DNA of 64,000 nucleotides from positions 5,578 to 69,577 of the forward strand of contig CACWKU010000002.1 in NCBI GenBank assembly GCA_902761575.1, written 5' to 3'. The translations under genes were made by a program, and so were the position numbers. The notes under the pieces were generated by a model. The model saw nothing but the letters and a program-made list of their open reading frames with translations. It made no database searches and was not told the origin of the DNA. The DNA is from an uncultured bacterium (lineage in GTDB: Bacteria; Verrucomicrobiota; Kiritimatiellia; RFP12; UBA3636). Positions 54,009 to 62,773 of this stretch are shown here, one piece after another. Position 1 is the first letter of the stretch. Each line of letters begins with the position of its first letter.

Positions 54009-56927
54009 TCAGCGGAGGATGAGGAGCGTCGGGAGGATGCCGGCGGATTCGTAGCAGCCGATGTCGATCGTCCGGACGACGCGGGGGTTGCCCGCGAGGT
54101 CGAGGTCGACGGGCGACGCCATCTCCGAGCCGGCGTCGACGGTCGGGGAGGTCTCGACCGGACGGAAGCCCTTCCGGACCCTGGTGGCCCCGGCGACCAT
54201 CTCGAGTCCGTCCGGAAGCTCCGAATCCGCCGCGCAGGTCACGAAGCTCGCGTAGGCGCCGGGCAGGCGGTCGGCATAGGTTTCCGTCCAGTCGTCGGCG
54301 AAGAGCTTCCGTCCGCTCGCCGTCCCCGTGTTGCGGTGGAAGAGCGTGTTGCGGACGACCGGATTCTGGTTCGCGGCGGCCGCGGGGAAGAACAGCACGG
54401 GATAGAAGTTCCCCTGGTTTCCGAGCCCGCGGTTCTCGGCGAGGGTGCAGTTCTCCATCAGCGTGCCGGCGCCGCCGAGGAAGACGGCCGAGCCGACGGA
54501 GTCGTTCGTCGTCGCGTTGTAGGCGACGAGCGACTGGCGGAGGATGCCGCCCGCCATGTGGACGGCCGCGGCGCCGCCCCAGGTCCCCAGCTTGACGGAC
54601 CGGTCCTCCGCGACGTCGCTCCAGTTGCGGGTCGCGAAGTTGTTCGTGATCACGCAGTGCGTGACGAGCCCCTTCGCGGACAGGCACGCGATGCCGGCGC
54701 CGCTGGACTGCGTCTTCGGCCAGCCGCCGCCGAAGGCGAACATCGCCGCGTTGCGGACGATGCAGTTCTCCACGGTGCCGCCGTTCGCCTCGATGAGGAT
54801 GTTGCCGCCCTTCTCGTCCTTGTAGCCGCCAATCCGGCCGCGTTCGACGGCGAGGCCGGAGAGGACCGCGCCCTCGTTGTCGAGCACGAAGACGCGGTGG
54901 GCGTCGACGGCGGCGGAATTGCCGGCGTTCAGCGTCTCGGGCCCCGCCACGTTGCGCACGACGACGTCCTCGGGGTTGCCCGTGTCGCCGGCGATCTTGA
55001 CCGCCTTGTCCACGACGACGGCCTCGGAGACCGCGTACAGGCCCGGCAGCACGCAGATGCCGTCGCCGTCCTCCGCGACGTCCACGGCGTGCGCGATCGT
55101 CGCGAACGGGGCCTCGCGCGTGGTGCCGGCGTTGGCGTCGCTGCCCGACGGGGAGACGTACCAGTCGAACGAATCGGCTACGGACTTGGTCGTGAAGGAG
55201 CCCGACATCGTCACGCTCTGCGGGACCTGCGCGTCGTTTTCGACCCGGAGCGCCCAGTAGTACTTCGTCGAGGCCGTCAGGTTGGTGATCTCGAAGGAGA
55301 AGCCGGTCGCCGCGCCCGCGACGACGAGCGCCGGCGTGCCGATGCGATTCTCCCGCCTGTTGTACGCGAAATAGACGTCGCAGGACGTGGCGAGGTTGTT
55401 GCCGACGTCGAAGATCGTGCCGGAGATCGTCGCCGTCGTCGTGCCGGGCGCCACCGCCACCGGGTCGAGATCCGGCGCCGTGGGGGGGCCGCGCCAGTAG
55501 GTCGCGGCGACGATTCCGCTCGGCTCCCGGCCCTCCTTGAAGGCGCGGGCCTTGAACGTCGTCGTGGCGGTGAGGGCGATCGGCTCCACATAGGCGGCGC
55601 TCGACTCCGTCGGCTCGGTGCCATCGGTCGTGTAGCGGATCGTCGCGCCGTCCGTCGTGCACGAGAGCTCCACGGAGACGCCCGGGTAGAACATCGTGCC
55701 CGGGGCCGGGGAGAACGCGGGGTCGTCCGCCGGGCCGGGCTCGTCGGGGTCGTATTCGCAGCAGCCGATGTCGACCGCGGCGCCGACGACGCGCGGGTTG
55801 CCGGCGAGGTCGAGCCCGACGGGGGACTGCATCCCGGCGCCCGCGTCGACGACCGAGGAGCCCGGGGCCGGGCGATAGACCTTGCGGAACCGGAAGCCCG
55901 AGTCCACCATCGCGAGGCCGTCCGGGAGGTCCGAATCCGTCGCGCAGTGGTCGAACCGCCCGTAGGCGTTCGCCAGGGCGGCGGCGGGAAAGCCCGCGAC
56001 CCAGGCGTCGGCGAAGAGCTTGCGGCTGCCCGCGGTCCCGACGTTCCCGTAGATGAGCGTGTTGCGGACGATCGGGTCCATGGCCACGACGTTCTGCGCC
56101 GCGAAGAACACGGGATAGAAGTCGCCCGCGTCGCCGAGCCCGCGGTTTTCGAAGACGGTGCAGTTCTCCATCAGCGTGCCGCCGTTGCAAAGGAACACGG
56201 CCGAGCCGTAGGCGTCGTTCGTCGTCGTGTTGTACGCGACGAGCGACTGGCGCAGGACGCCGCCCGCCATGTGGACGCCCGCCGCGCCGCCCTGCTGCCA
56301 GAAGTTGAAGCCGAGCCCGCAGCGGGTCGCGAAGTTGTTCGTGACGACGCAGTGCGTAACGAGGCCGTTCGGGGAGAGGCAGGCGATGCCCGCGCCGCCG
56401 CTGGCGGTCTTCGGGTATCCGCCGGCGCCGATGGAGAAGATCGCCGCGTTGCGGAGGATGCAGTTCGTCACCGTGCCGCCCTTCGCGTCGATCAGGACGT
56501 TTCCGCCCGTGCTGTCGCGCAGGCCGCCGATGCGGCCGCGCTCGGCGGTGAGGCTGGAGAGGACCGCGCCGGCGTTGTCGAGGACGAAGACGCGGTGGGC
56601 GCCGACGGACGGGGAGGCGGTCGCGTCCAGCGTCTCGGGACCTTTCGTGTTGCGGACGACGACGTCGGCCGGGTCGCCCGTGTCTCCGACGACGGCCACC
56701 GCGTTGGTCACGGCGACCGCCGCGGAGACCGCGTAGGTGCCGGCGAGCACGCGGACCGTGTCGCCGTCCTGCGCGGCGTCCACGGCGCGGGCGATCGTCG
56801 CGAACGCGGTCGCGCGCGTCCGGCCGTCGGCAGCATCGCTGCCCGCCGTGGAGACGTACCAGTCGGCCGCGGGGGCGGCCGCGGCGGCAAGGGCGAGCGT
56901 TGCGATCAGGTTCCTGGCGGCGTTCAT
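54009..56927 (-). CDS. Secreted protein made of two tandem copies of a beta-helix plus chitobiase-C/Fn3 unit (internal tandem duplication). Tail ..AGILPTLLILR
   Basis: MNAARNLIATLALAAAAAPAADWYVSTAGSDAADG.. signal. Second copy begins ..FDWYVSPSGSDANAGT... The two halves are colinear at protein level and alignable by eye at DNA level; (V)DIGC(C)YE ends both copies. Confidence 0.85.
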   Translation of the reverse strand: MNAARNLIATLALAAAAAPAADWYVSTAGSDAADGRTRATAFATIARAVDAAQDGDTVRVLAGTYAVSAAVAVTNAVAVVGDTGDPADVVVRNTKGPETLDATASPSVGAHRVFVLDNAGAVLSSLTAERGRIGGLRDSTGGNVLIDAKGGTVTNCILRNAAIFSIGAGGYPKTASGGAGIACLSPNGLVTHCVVTNNFATRCGLGFNFWQQGGAAGVHMAGGVLRQSLVAYNTTTNDAYGSAVFLCNGGTLMENCTVFENRGLGDAGDFYPVFFAAQNVVAMDPIVRNTLIYGNVGTAGSRKLFADAWVAGFPAAALANAYGRFDHCATDSDLPDGLAMVDSGFRFRKVYRPAPGSSVVDAGAGMQSPVGLDLAGNPRVVGAAVDIGCCEYDPDEPGPADDPAFSPAPGTMFYPGVSVELSCTTDGATIRYTTDGTEPTESSAAYVEPIALTATTTFKARAFKEGREPSGIVAATYWRGPPTAPDLDPVAVAPGTTTATISGTIFDVGNNLATSCDVYFAYNRRENRIGTPALVVAGAATGFSFEITNLTASTKYYWALRVENDAQVPQSVTMSGSFTTKSVADSFDWYVSPSGSDANAGTTREAPFATIAHAVDVAEDGDGICVLPGLYAVSEAVVVDKAVKIAGDTGNPEDVVVRNVAGPETLNAGNSAAVDAHRVFVLDNEGAVLSGLAVERGRIGGYKDEKGGNILIEANGGTVENCIVRNAAMFAFGGGWPKTQSSGAGIACLSAKGLVTHCVITNNFATRNWSDVAEDRSVKLGTWGGAAAVHMAGGILRQSLVAYNATTNDSVGSAVFLGGAGTLMENCTLAENRGLGNQGNFYPVLFFPAAAANQNPVVRNTLFHRNTGTASGRKLFADDWTETYADRLPGAYASFVTCAADSELPDGLEMVAGATRVRKGFRPVETSPTVDAGSEMASPVDLDLAGNPRVVRTIDIGCYESAGILPTLLILR

Positions 56928-57001
56928 CGTGTGTTCCTCGTGGGCGGTGGTGGGAAACGGCTACGGGGCGAATCCTACCACGCGCGGGAACGCGCCGGAA
57001 A

Positions 57002-57047
57002 CTACACAACCGTGTAGTGGCCCGTTCCCGGCCGGTTCTGCTAGAAT
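57002..57047. promoter_or_regulatory. Divergent promoter region with the 16-bp palindrome CTACACAACCGTGTAG (57002-57017) and extended -10-like TGCTAGAAT (57039-57047) only 7 nt before the kinase ATG
   Basis: The same palindrome plus flank (CCGAAACTACACAACCGTGTAG..CCCGTT..CCGGCC) recurs at 38311-38350 upstream of the 33826-38231 gene. The CTGCTAGAATCG 12-mer recurs at 22362-22373. Confidence 0.5.
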
Positions 57048-57054
57048 CGTCCGC

Positions 57055-59154
57055 ATGAAACGCTTCCTGGTCCCGCTGCTCCTGCCGTGCGCGCTGGCGT
57101 CCGCCGCGCCGGACGGCGTCCTGCGCACGGCGCGGGAGGTCAACGAGTTCCTCGAGCGCGGGCACGGGAAGACGAACTACGTGCTCTCGGTCCAGGTCAT
57201 CAACGACCCGGCGGACACCGCGATGATCGTCCGCGACGAGACGGGCCGGACCGCCGTGCCGAACCAGAATCCGGTGGCGGGCCTCCGCAAGGGCGACCTG
57301 CTGGAGATCCGCGGCTTCGCCTCCGTCAACGAGAACGGCGAGACCTGGATCCAGCCGATGGAGGTGGAGAAGCGCGGGAGCGCGCCCGCGCCGGGGCCGG
57401 CCGACATGGGCCTCGCCGAGCTGAACAGCCCGGAGAACGCCTGGCTCCCGGTACGCGTCTCGGGCACGGTCTTCAGCGTCACGCCCGACGAGTTCGACGA
57501 CGATTTCGTCGTCGCGATGCTCTGCGACGGCGAGGCGACGACGCCCGTCGTCCTGTCGCGCAAAGTCTACGAGCGATCGAAGGTCGAGCCCGACGCGACG
57601 ATCCGCCTGACGGGGTGGTACTGGCGGTCGTTCAGCGGCATCCGGAAGTTCACGGGCCCCGGCGTCGTCCACGACCCGGCGACGCCGGTCGAGATCCTCT
57701 CGCCCCCGCCGGCCGACCCGTTCGCGGCGCCGCCGCTCGAGCGGCGCTTCTACCGCACGCCGGAGGAGATCGCGCGGATGGGCCCCCGGACGGTCGCCGG
57801 CCGCGTGATCGCCGTCTGGGGCGAGGGGAACCTGATGGCGAAGGACGCGGACAACCGCGTCGTCAACGTCACGATGATGGAGGGACAGCCGGTCCCGCGC
57901 CTGGGCGAGGCCGGCACGTTCGTCGGGTATCCCTACACGGACCTGATGCGCGTCAACCTGATGCGGGCGCGCTTCCGGCCCGGCGACTTCCCGGAGACGC
58001 CCGAGGACGCCCCGGAGGACGTCTCGGCGCAGGAGCTGCTCGCCGGAAACCTGCTCACGACGAACGACATCTGGCTCGTCACCTGCCACGGAAGGCTGCT
58101 CCGCCTGCGCGGGACCGTCCGCAGCCTGCCGGCGGAGGAGAGCCCCGACCAGCGCCTGTACCTCGACTGCGACGGTCGTCCGGTGCCCGTCGACATCGGC
58201 TCCTGCCGGGAGGTCGCGAGGCGGACGCCCGTCGGCGCCGAGGTCGAGGCGACCGGGCGGTGCCTGCTCGAGACGGACAGCTGGCGCACGGACAACGTCT
58301 TCCCCCACGTCCGCGGGTTCGCGCTCGTCGCGCGCACCGCCGAGGACGTCCGCGTGACGAAGCGCCCCTCGTGGTGGACGCCGAAGCGGCTGGCGCGCGT
58401 CGTCGGGCTTTCGCTGGCGGGGCTCGTCGTCGCGCTCGCCTGGATCGTCGCGCTCCTCCGGCTCGCCGAACGCCGCGGTCGGGCGCTCTACCGGTCGCGG
58501 CAGACGGAGGACGCGGAGCGCCACGCGCGCGAGATCGCCGAACTGCGGATGCGGGACCGCACGCGCCTCGCCGTCGAGCTGCACGACACGATCTCGCAGA
58601 ACCTCACCGGCGCGACGATGCAGATCGGCACCGCCGCGCAATTCGTCGGGACCGACGCCGCGCGGGCGGTCCGCCACATCGACATCGCCACGCGCACGCT
58701 CGACGCCTGCCGCGAGGAGCTGCGCAACTGCATCTGGGACCTCCGGAGCAACACGCTCGACGAGAAGGACCTCGCCGCGGCGGTCCGTCGGACCGTCCAG
58801 CGGCTCGTCGGCGACGCCCGCCTGGACATCCGGTTCGACGCGCCCCGGGAGAAGATCTCGGACAACGCGGTCCACGCGCTGCTCAACATCGTGCGCGAGC
58901 TCGCGGCCAACGCCGTCCGCCACGGCGGCGCCTCGGTCGTCCGCGTCTCCGGCTCGCTCGAGGACGGAATGCTCTCCTGCGCGGTCGAGGACGACGGCTT
59001 CGGGTTCGACCCCGACGACCGCCCCGGCCTCGCCGAAGGGCACTTCGGGCTCCAGGGGGTCGAGGAGCGCGTCGACGAGCTCGGCGGCGAGCTCTCGATC
59101 CGGAGCCGGAAGGGCGAGGGGACCCGGGTGAGCTTCCGGATCCGGGCCGAATGA
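57055..59154 (+). CDS. Sensor histidine kinase (HisKA_3/NarX-DegS type) with large periplasmic sensor domain and one TM helix
   Basis: ATG 57055; signal/TM MKRFLVPLLLPCALASA; TM LARVVGLSLAGLVVALAWIVALL; H-box ..RTRLAVELHDTISQNL..; HATPase ..IVRELAANAVRHGGAS..VEDDGFGFDP..GLQGVEERV..GG. Confidence 0.85.
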   Translation: MKRFLVPLLLPCALASAAPDGVLRTAREVNEFLERGHGKTNYVLSVQVINDPADTAMIVRDETGRTAVPNQNPVAGLRKGDLLEIRGFASVNENGETWIQPMEVEKRGSAPAPGPADMGLAELNSPENAWLPVRVSGTVFSVTPDEFDDDFVVAMLCDGEATTPVVLSRKVYERSKVEPDATIRLTGWYWRSFSGIRKFTGPGVVHDPATPVEILSPPPADPFAAPPLERRFYRTPEEIARMGPRTVAGRVIAVWGEGNLMAKDADNRVVNVTMMEGQPVPRLGEAGTFVGYPYTDLMRVNLMRARFRPGDFPETPEDAPEDVSAQELLAGNLLTTNDIWLVTCHGRLLRLRGTVRSLPAEESPDQRLYLDCDGRPVPVDIGSCREVARRTPVGAEVEATGRCLLETDSWRTDNVFPHVRGFALVARTAEDVRVTKRPSWWTPKRLARVVGLSLAGLVVALAWIVALLRLAERRGRALYRSRQTEDAERHAREIAELRMRDRTRLAVELHDTISQNLTGATMQIGTAAQFVGTDAARAVRHIDIATRTLDACREELRNCIWDLRSNTLDEKDLAAAVRRTVQRLVGDARLDIRFDAPREKISDNAVHALLNIVRELAANAVRHGGASVVRVSGSLEDGMLSCAVEDDGFGFDPDDRPGLAEGHFGLQGVEERVDELGGELSIRSRKGEGTRVSFRIRAE

Positions 59155-59179
59155 ACGCCTTCACGCGAAAGGGAATCCA

Positions 59180-59800
59180 ATGGAGAAGACCAAGGTGCTG
59201 GTCGTCGACGACCACGCGATCGTCCGGATGGGGATAGTCGCGCTGCTGAACGCGCAGCCGAACCTGGAGGTGGTCGGCGAGGCCAAGAACGGCGAGCTCG
59301 GCGTCAAGGCCGCGAACAAGCTGAGGCCCGACGTCGTCGTGATGGACATCCTGATGCCCGTGATGGACGGCGTCGAGGCGACCCGCCAGATCGTCGCCTC
59401 GCGGCCCGGGGCGAAGGTGCTGGTCCTCACCACCTCGACCACGGCCAGCGAGCTGGCGGCGGCGCTCGAGGCCGGCGCGACCGGCGTCATCCCCAAGACG
59501 ACGGGCAACGCGGCGCTCCTCGCCGCCGTCCGTTCCGTCGCCGCGGGAAGGCGCGTGGTGACGAGCGAGATCGAGGAGATCATCGCGAGCGACGAGCCCG
59601 CGCCGAACCTGACGCAGCACCAGCTCGACATGCTCGCGTCGATCGTCCGCGGCCTCACGAACGCGGACATCGCCCTGCAGTTCGGCATCTCGGAGAACAC
59701 CGTCCGCAAGGCGACCTCGACCATCTTCGCGAAGCTCGGCGTCGCCAACCGCACCGAGGCGACCGCGATGGCCCTTCGCAAGGGCCTCGTGAAGCTCTGA
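59180..59800 (+). CDS. LuxR/NarL-family response regulator
   Basis: Receiver VLVVDDHAIVRMGIVALL..DVVVMDILMP; C-terminal LuxR HTH LTQHQLDMLASIVRGLTNADIALQFGISENTVRKATSTIFAKLGVANRTEA. Confidence 0.9.
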   Translation: MEKTKVLVVDDHAIVRMGIVALLNAQPNLEVVGEAKNGELGVKAANKLRPDVVVMDILMPVMDGVEATRQIVASRPGAKVLVLTTSTTASELAAALEAGATGVIPKTTGNAALLAAVRSVAAGRRVVTSEIEEIIASDEPAPNLTQHQLDMLASIVRGLTNADIALQFGISENTVRKATSTIFAKLGVANRTEATAMALRKGLVKL

Positions 59801-59866
59801 GCGCGCGGACCATCACCCGTCCGTATAGTTGCCAGAAAGACCGGAATCGGGTAGAACAGGGACCGT

Positions 59867-62002
59867 ATGCAACGCGTTCTCCCGCTTCTTCTGGCGCTCG
59901 CTCTCCTCGTTCCGGCCGCCGCCCCGGCCGACGAGGCGGCCGGCGGGGCCGTCCTTCGCTCCATCGCGGAGATCGACGCCTTCACCGCGGACGCCACGCC
60001 CCGCAAGGTCCCCTTCGAGGTGACGGGAAGGGTCGTCGGGGCCTTCGTTCTGCCGAAGGCGGCCGAAGTCGTCCTTTCCGACGATTCCGGCACGCGCATG
60101 TCCTTCTACCGGGACCTCGGCCTGCCGCGGCCGGAGCCGGGCGAAACGATTGCGGCGAGCGGCGTCGCCAACATGAGCGCGGAACACGAGCCGTACGTCC
60201 TCCTCGAGGACTACCGCGTCCTCGGGCGCGGCCCGCGCCCCGAGCCCGTCGCCGTGCGGCTTCCGGCGTTGAACGCCCGCGAGCACAACCTAGCGGTCGT
60301 CCGGACGGAGGGCACCGTGGCCGACGCCTTCCCGGACGAGGTCGACCGCCGGTACACGATCCTGCTTCTCGAGGACGGGGGCGTCGTCGTCCCCGTCTCG
60401 TTCCCGCGGGACGCCTTCGGCGACCGGCGGGACCTCGTCGACGCGCGGATCCGCGTGACCGGCGTCTATCGCCGGAACGTCGAGGGCGTCCGCAAGTACT
60501 CCTGGCCGAACATCGCCCCGTCCGCGCCGGAGGACATCGAGGTCCTCGAGCCGCCGCCGGCGGATCCGTTCTCCGCCCCGCCCCTGGAGAGCCGCCTCTA
60601 CCTCACGTCCGGCGAGATCGCGCGGATGTCGCGGCGGTCCGTCTCCGGCGAGGTGCTCGCGACCTGGTCGGGCGACCGGGCGATGCTGCGGACCGCGGAC
60701 GGGCGGATCGTCAACCTCACCCTCGCGCACGGCGTCGCGCTCCCGCCGTGCGGCGAAACGGTCGTCGCCGCCGGCCGACCCGAGACGGACCTCTTCCGCA
60801 TCAACCTCGCGGCCGCGCGCTGGAAGGCCGCCGCGCCGCGGCCGCCGGCGGCGGACGAGGAGGCGGCGGACGCCGCGGCCGCGTTCTGGGACGACGAGGG
60901 GCTGCACTCCATCAACGCGCAGATCCACGGGACGCTCGTGCGCGCTCGCGGCGTCGTCCGGACCCTGCCGTCCCCCGGCGACCCGGACCTGCGCTTCGTG
61001 CTCGACGCCGGCGACGCGTCGATCCCCGTGGACGTGACCTCCAACCCCGGCATCGCCGACGGTCTCCGGATCGGCAGCGAGGTCCAGGCCACCGGCCGGT
61101 GCATCCTGCTCACGGATCCCGGGCGGCGGGACTACGACTCGGCGAAGGTCCACGGCGTCGCGCTCGTCCTCCGCTCGCCCGCCGACCTGGTCGTGCTGCG
61201 GCGCGCGCCGTGGTGGACCTCTGGCCGGCTGATGGCGGTGATCGCCGTGATGCTGGCCGTGATCGCCGGCGGCCTCGTCTGGAACCGCGCCCTGCGGAAC
61301 CTCGCGGACCGCCGCGGACGCGAGCTCTACCGCGAGCAGGTCGCCCACGCCGTCGCGGAGTTCAAGACCGACGAGCGCACGCGCCTCGCCGTCGAGCTTC
61401 ACGACTCGCTCTCGCAGGCGCTCTCCGGCGTCGCCTGCCACCTGGCGGTCGGCGCAGGGTCCTTCGAGGCCGACCCCGCGGCCGCCGTGCGCTGCCTCGA
61501 GACCGCGCGCAAGATGCTCGACTCCTGCCGCACGGAGCTGCGCCAGTGCCTCTTCGACCTGCGCAGCGACACCCTGGAGGAGCGCGACTTCGCCGTCGCG
61601 ATCCGCAAGACGCTCGAGCAGCTCGACGACTACGCCGAGCTGGCGATCCGGTGCGACGTCCCCCGCCAGATCCTCCGGGACACCACCGCGCACGCCATCC
61701 TCTCCATCCTCCGCGAGCTGACCGGCAACGCCATCCGCCACGGCGGCGCCACCCGGATCGAGGTCGAGGGCTCCGTCGAGCCGGACCGCATCGTCTTCAC
61801 GGTCCGCGACAACGGCTCCGGCTTCGATCCGGCGGCCTGCGTCGGCCCCGCGCAGGGCCACTTCGGCCTCGAGGGCGTCCGCAACCGCCTCGCGAAGCTC
61901 AACGGCGTCTTCACGATCGAATCGGCGCCCGGCGCCGGGGCGACCGCCGTCGTGACCATCCCCCTTCCCGCCGCCCGGGCGCAGGAGACCCCGCAACCAT
62001 GA
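59867..62002 (+). CDS. Sensor histidine kinase, paralog of the 57055-59154 kinase (same architecture)
   Basis: MQRVLPLLLALALLVPAAAPA signal; TM LMAVIAVMLAVIAGGLVW; ..RTRLAVELHDSLSQAL..; ..ILRELTGNAIRHGGAT..VRDNGSGFDP... The periplasmic region is colinear with the first kinase (..PPPADPFSAPPLE..). Confidence 0.85.
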   Translation: MQRVLPLLLALALLVPAAAPADEAAGGAVLRSIAEIDAFTADATPRKVPFEVTGRVVGAFVLPKAAEVVLSDDSGTRMSFYRDLGLPRPEPGETIAASGVANMSAEHEPYVLLEDYRVLGRGPRPEPVAVRLPALNAREHNLAVVRTEGTVADAFPDEVDRRYTILLLEDGGVVVPVSFPRDAFGDRRDLVDARIRVTGVYRRNVEGVRKYSWPNIAPSAPEDIEVLEPPPADPFSAPPLESRLYLTSGEIARMSRRSVSGEVLATWSGDRAMLRTADGRIVNLTLAHGVALPPCGETVVAAGRPETDLFRINLAAARWKAAAPRPPAADEEAADAAAAFWDDEGLHSINAQIHGTLVRARGVVRTLPSPGDPDLRFVLDAGDASIPVDVTSNPGIADGLRIGSEVQATGRCILLTDPGRRDYDSAKVHGVALVLRSPADLVVLRRAPWWTSGRLMAVIAVMLAVIAGGLVWNRALRNLADRRGRELYREQVAHAVAEFKTDERTRLAVELHDSLSQALSGVACHLAVGAGSFEADPAAAVRCLETARKMLDSCRTELRQCLFDLRSDTLEERDFAVAIRKTLEQLDDYAELAIRCDVPRQILRDTTAHAILSILRELTGNAIRHGGATRIEVEGSVEPDRIVFTVRDNGSGFDPAACVGPAQGHFGLEGVRNRLAKLNGVFTIESAPGAGATAVVTIPLPAARAQETPQP

Positions 62003-62619
62003 GCAAGATCCGAATCCTTCTCGCCGACGACCACATGCTGATGCGCATGGGCATCGCGACCCTCGTCTCGACCGCCAAGGACATGACGGTCGTCGGCGAG
62101 GCCTGCAACGGCCGCCAGGCCGTCGAGCTCGCCGGCTCGCTCCGGCCCGACGTCGTCATCATGGACCTGATGATGCCCGAGATGTCCGGCGGGGAGGCGA
62201 CGAAGGCCATCCACGCGGCGCACCCCGGGATCAAGATCGTGATCCTCACCACCTACGGCACGTCGGCGGAGCTGGCGACGGCCGTCACGAACGGCGCCGT
62301 CGGCGTCCTGCTGAAGGACAAGGTGGAGATGGACCTGCTGAACACCATCCGCTTCGTCGTCGAGGGCAACCAGGTGATCCCCACCCGGCTGCTCGCGCAG
62401 ATCGAGGAGGACAAGGCGATGGGCAAGCTCACGGACCGCCAGATGGAGATCCTGGCCTCCGTCGCGGAAGGCCAGTCCAACGCCGACATCGCCCTGCAGT
62501 TCGGCCTCTCGGAGATCACCGTGAAGAAGCACCTCTCCGCGATCTTCGAGCGCCTCGGCGTCGCCAACCGCTCCGAGGCGGTCGCCCTCGCCTTCCGCAA
62601 GCAGATGCTCAAGGCCTGA
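61999..62619 (+). CDS. LuxR/NarL-family response regulator, paralog of the 59180-59800 regulator
   Basis: ATG overlaps the kinase stop (ATGA). ILLADDHMLMRMGIATLV..DVVIMDLMMP; LTDRQMEILASVAEGQSNADIALQFGLSEITVKKHLSAIFERLGVANRSEA. Confidence 0.9.
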   Translation: MSKIRILLADDHMLMRMGIATLVSTAKDMTVVGEACNGRQAVELAGSLRPDVVIMDLMMPEMSGGEATKAIHAAHPGIKIVILTTYGTSAELATAVTNGAVGVLLKDKVEMDLLNTIRFVVEGNQVIPTRLLAQIEEDKAMGKLTDRQMEILASVAEGQSNADIALQFGLSEITVKKHLSAIFERLGVANRSEAVALAFRKQMLKA

Positions 62620-62620
62620 T

Positions 62621-62639
62621 CCCGCGCCGCCGGCGCGGG
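62621..62639. terminator. GC-rich stem-loop (cccgcgc-cgccg-gcgcggg) 2 nt after the response-regulator stop, between convergent genes. Candidate bidirectional intrinsic terminator without U-tract
   Basis: 7-bp perfect stem with a 5-nt loop. The downstream gene is on the opposite strand and ends at 62774. Confidence 0.4.
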
Positions 62640-62773
62640 GCCCGCTCGGCTCCGATGGAGGCGTTGTCGTTCCCGCGGCAGGGACGCGCCCGCGGCGCGT
62701 CCGTCGTTCGGGCGTTCCGCGGAACCGCCAGTACCGTGTCGCGGCTGCGGAAAGAGGGAGAGAGGGGGGCGCG

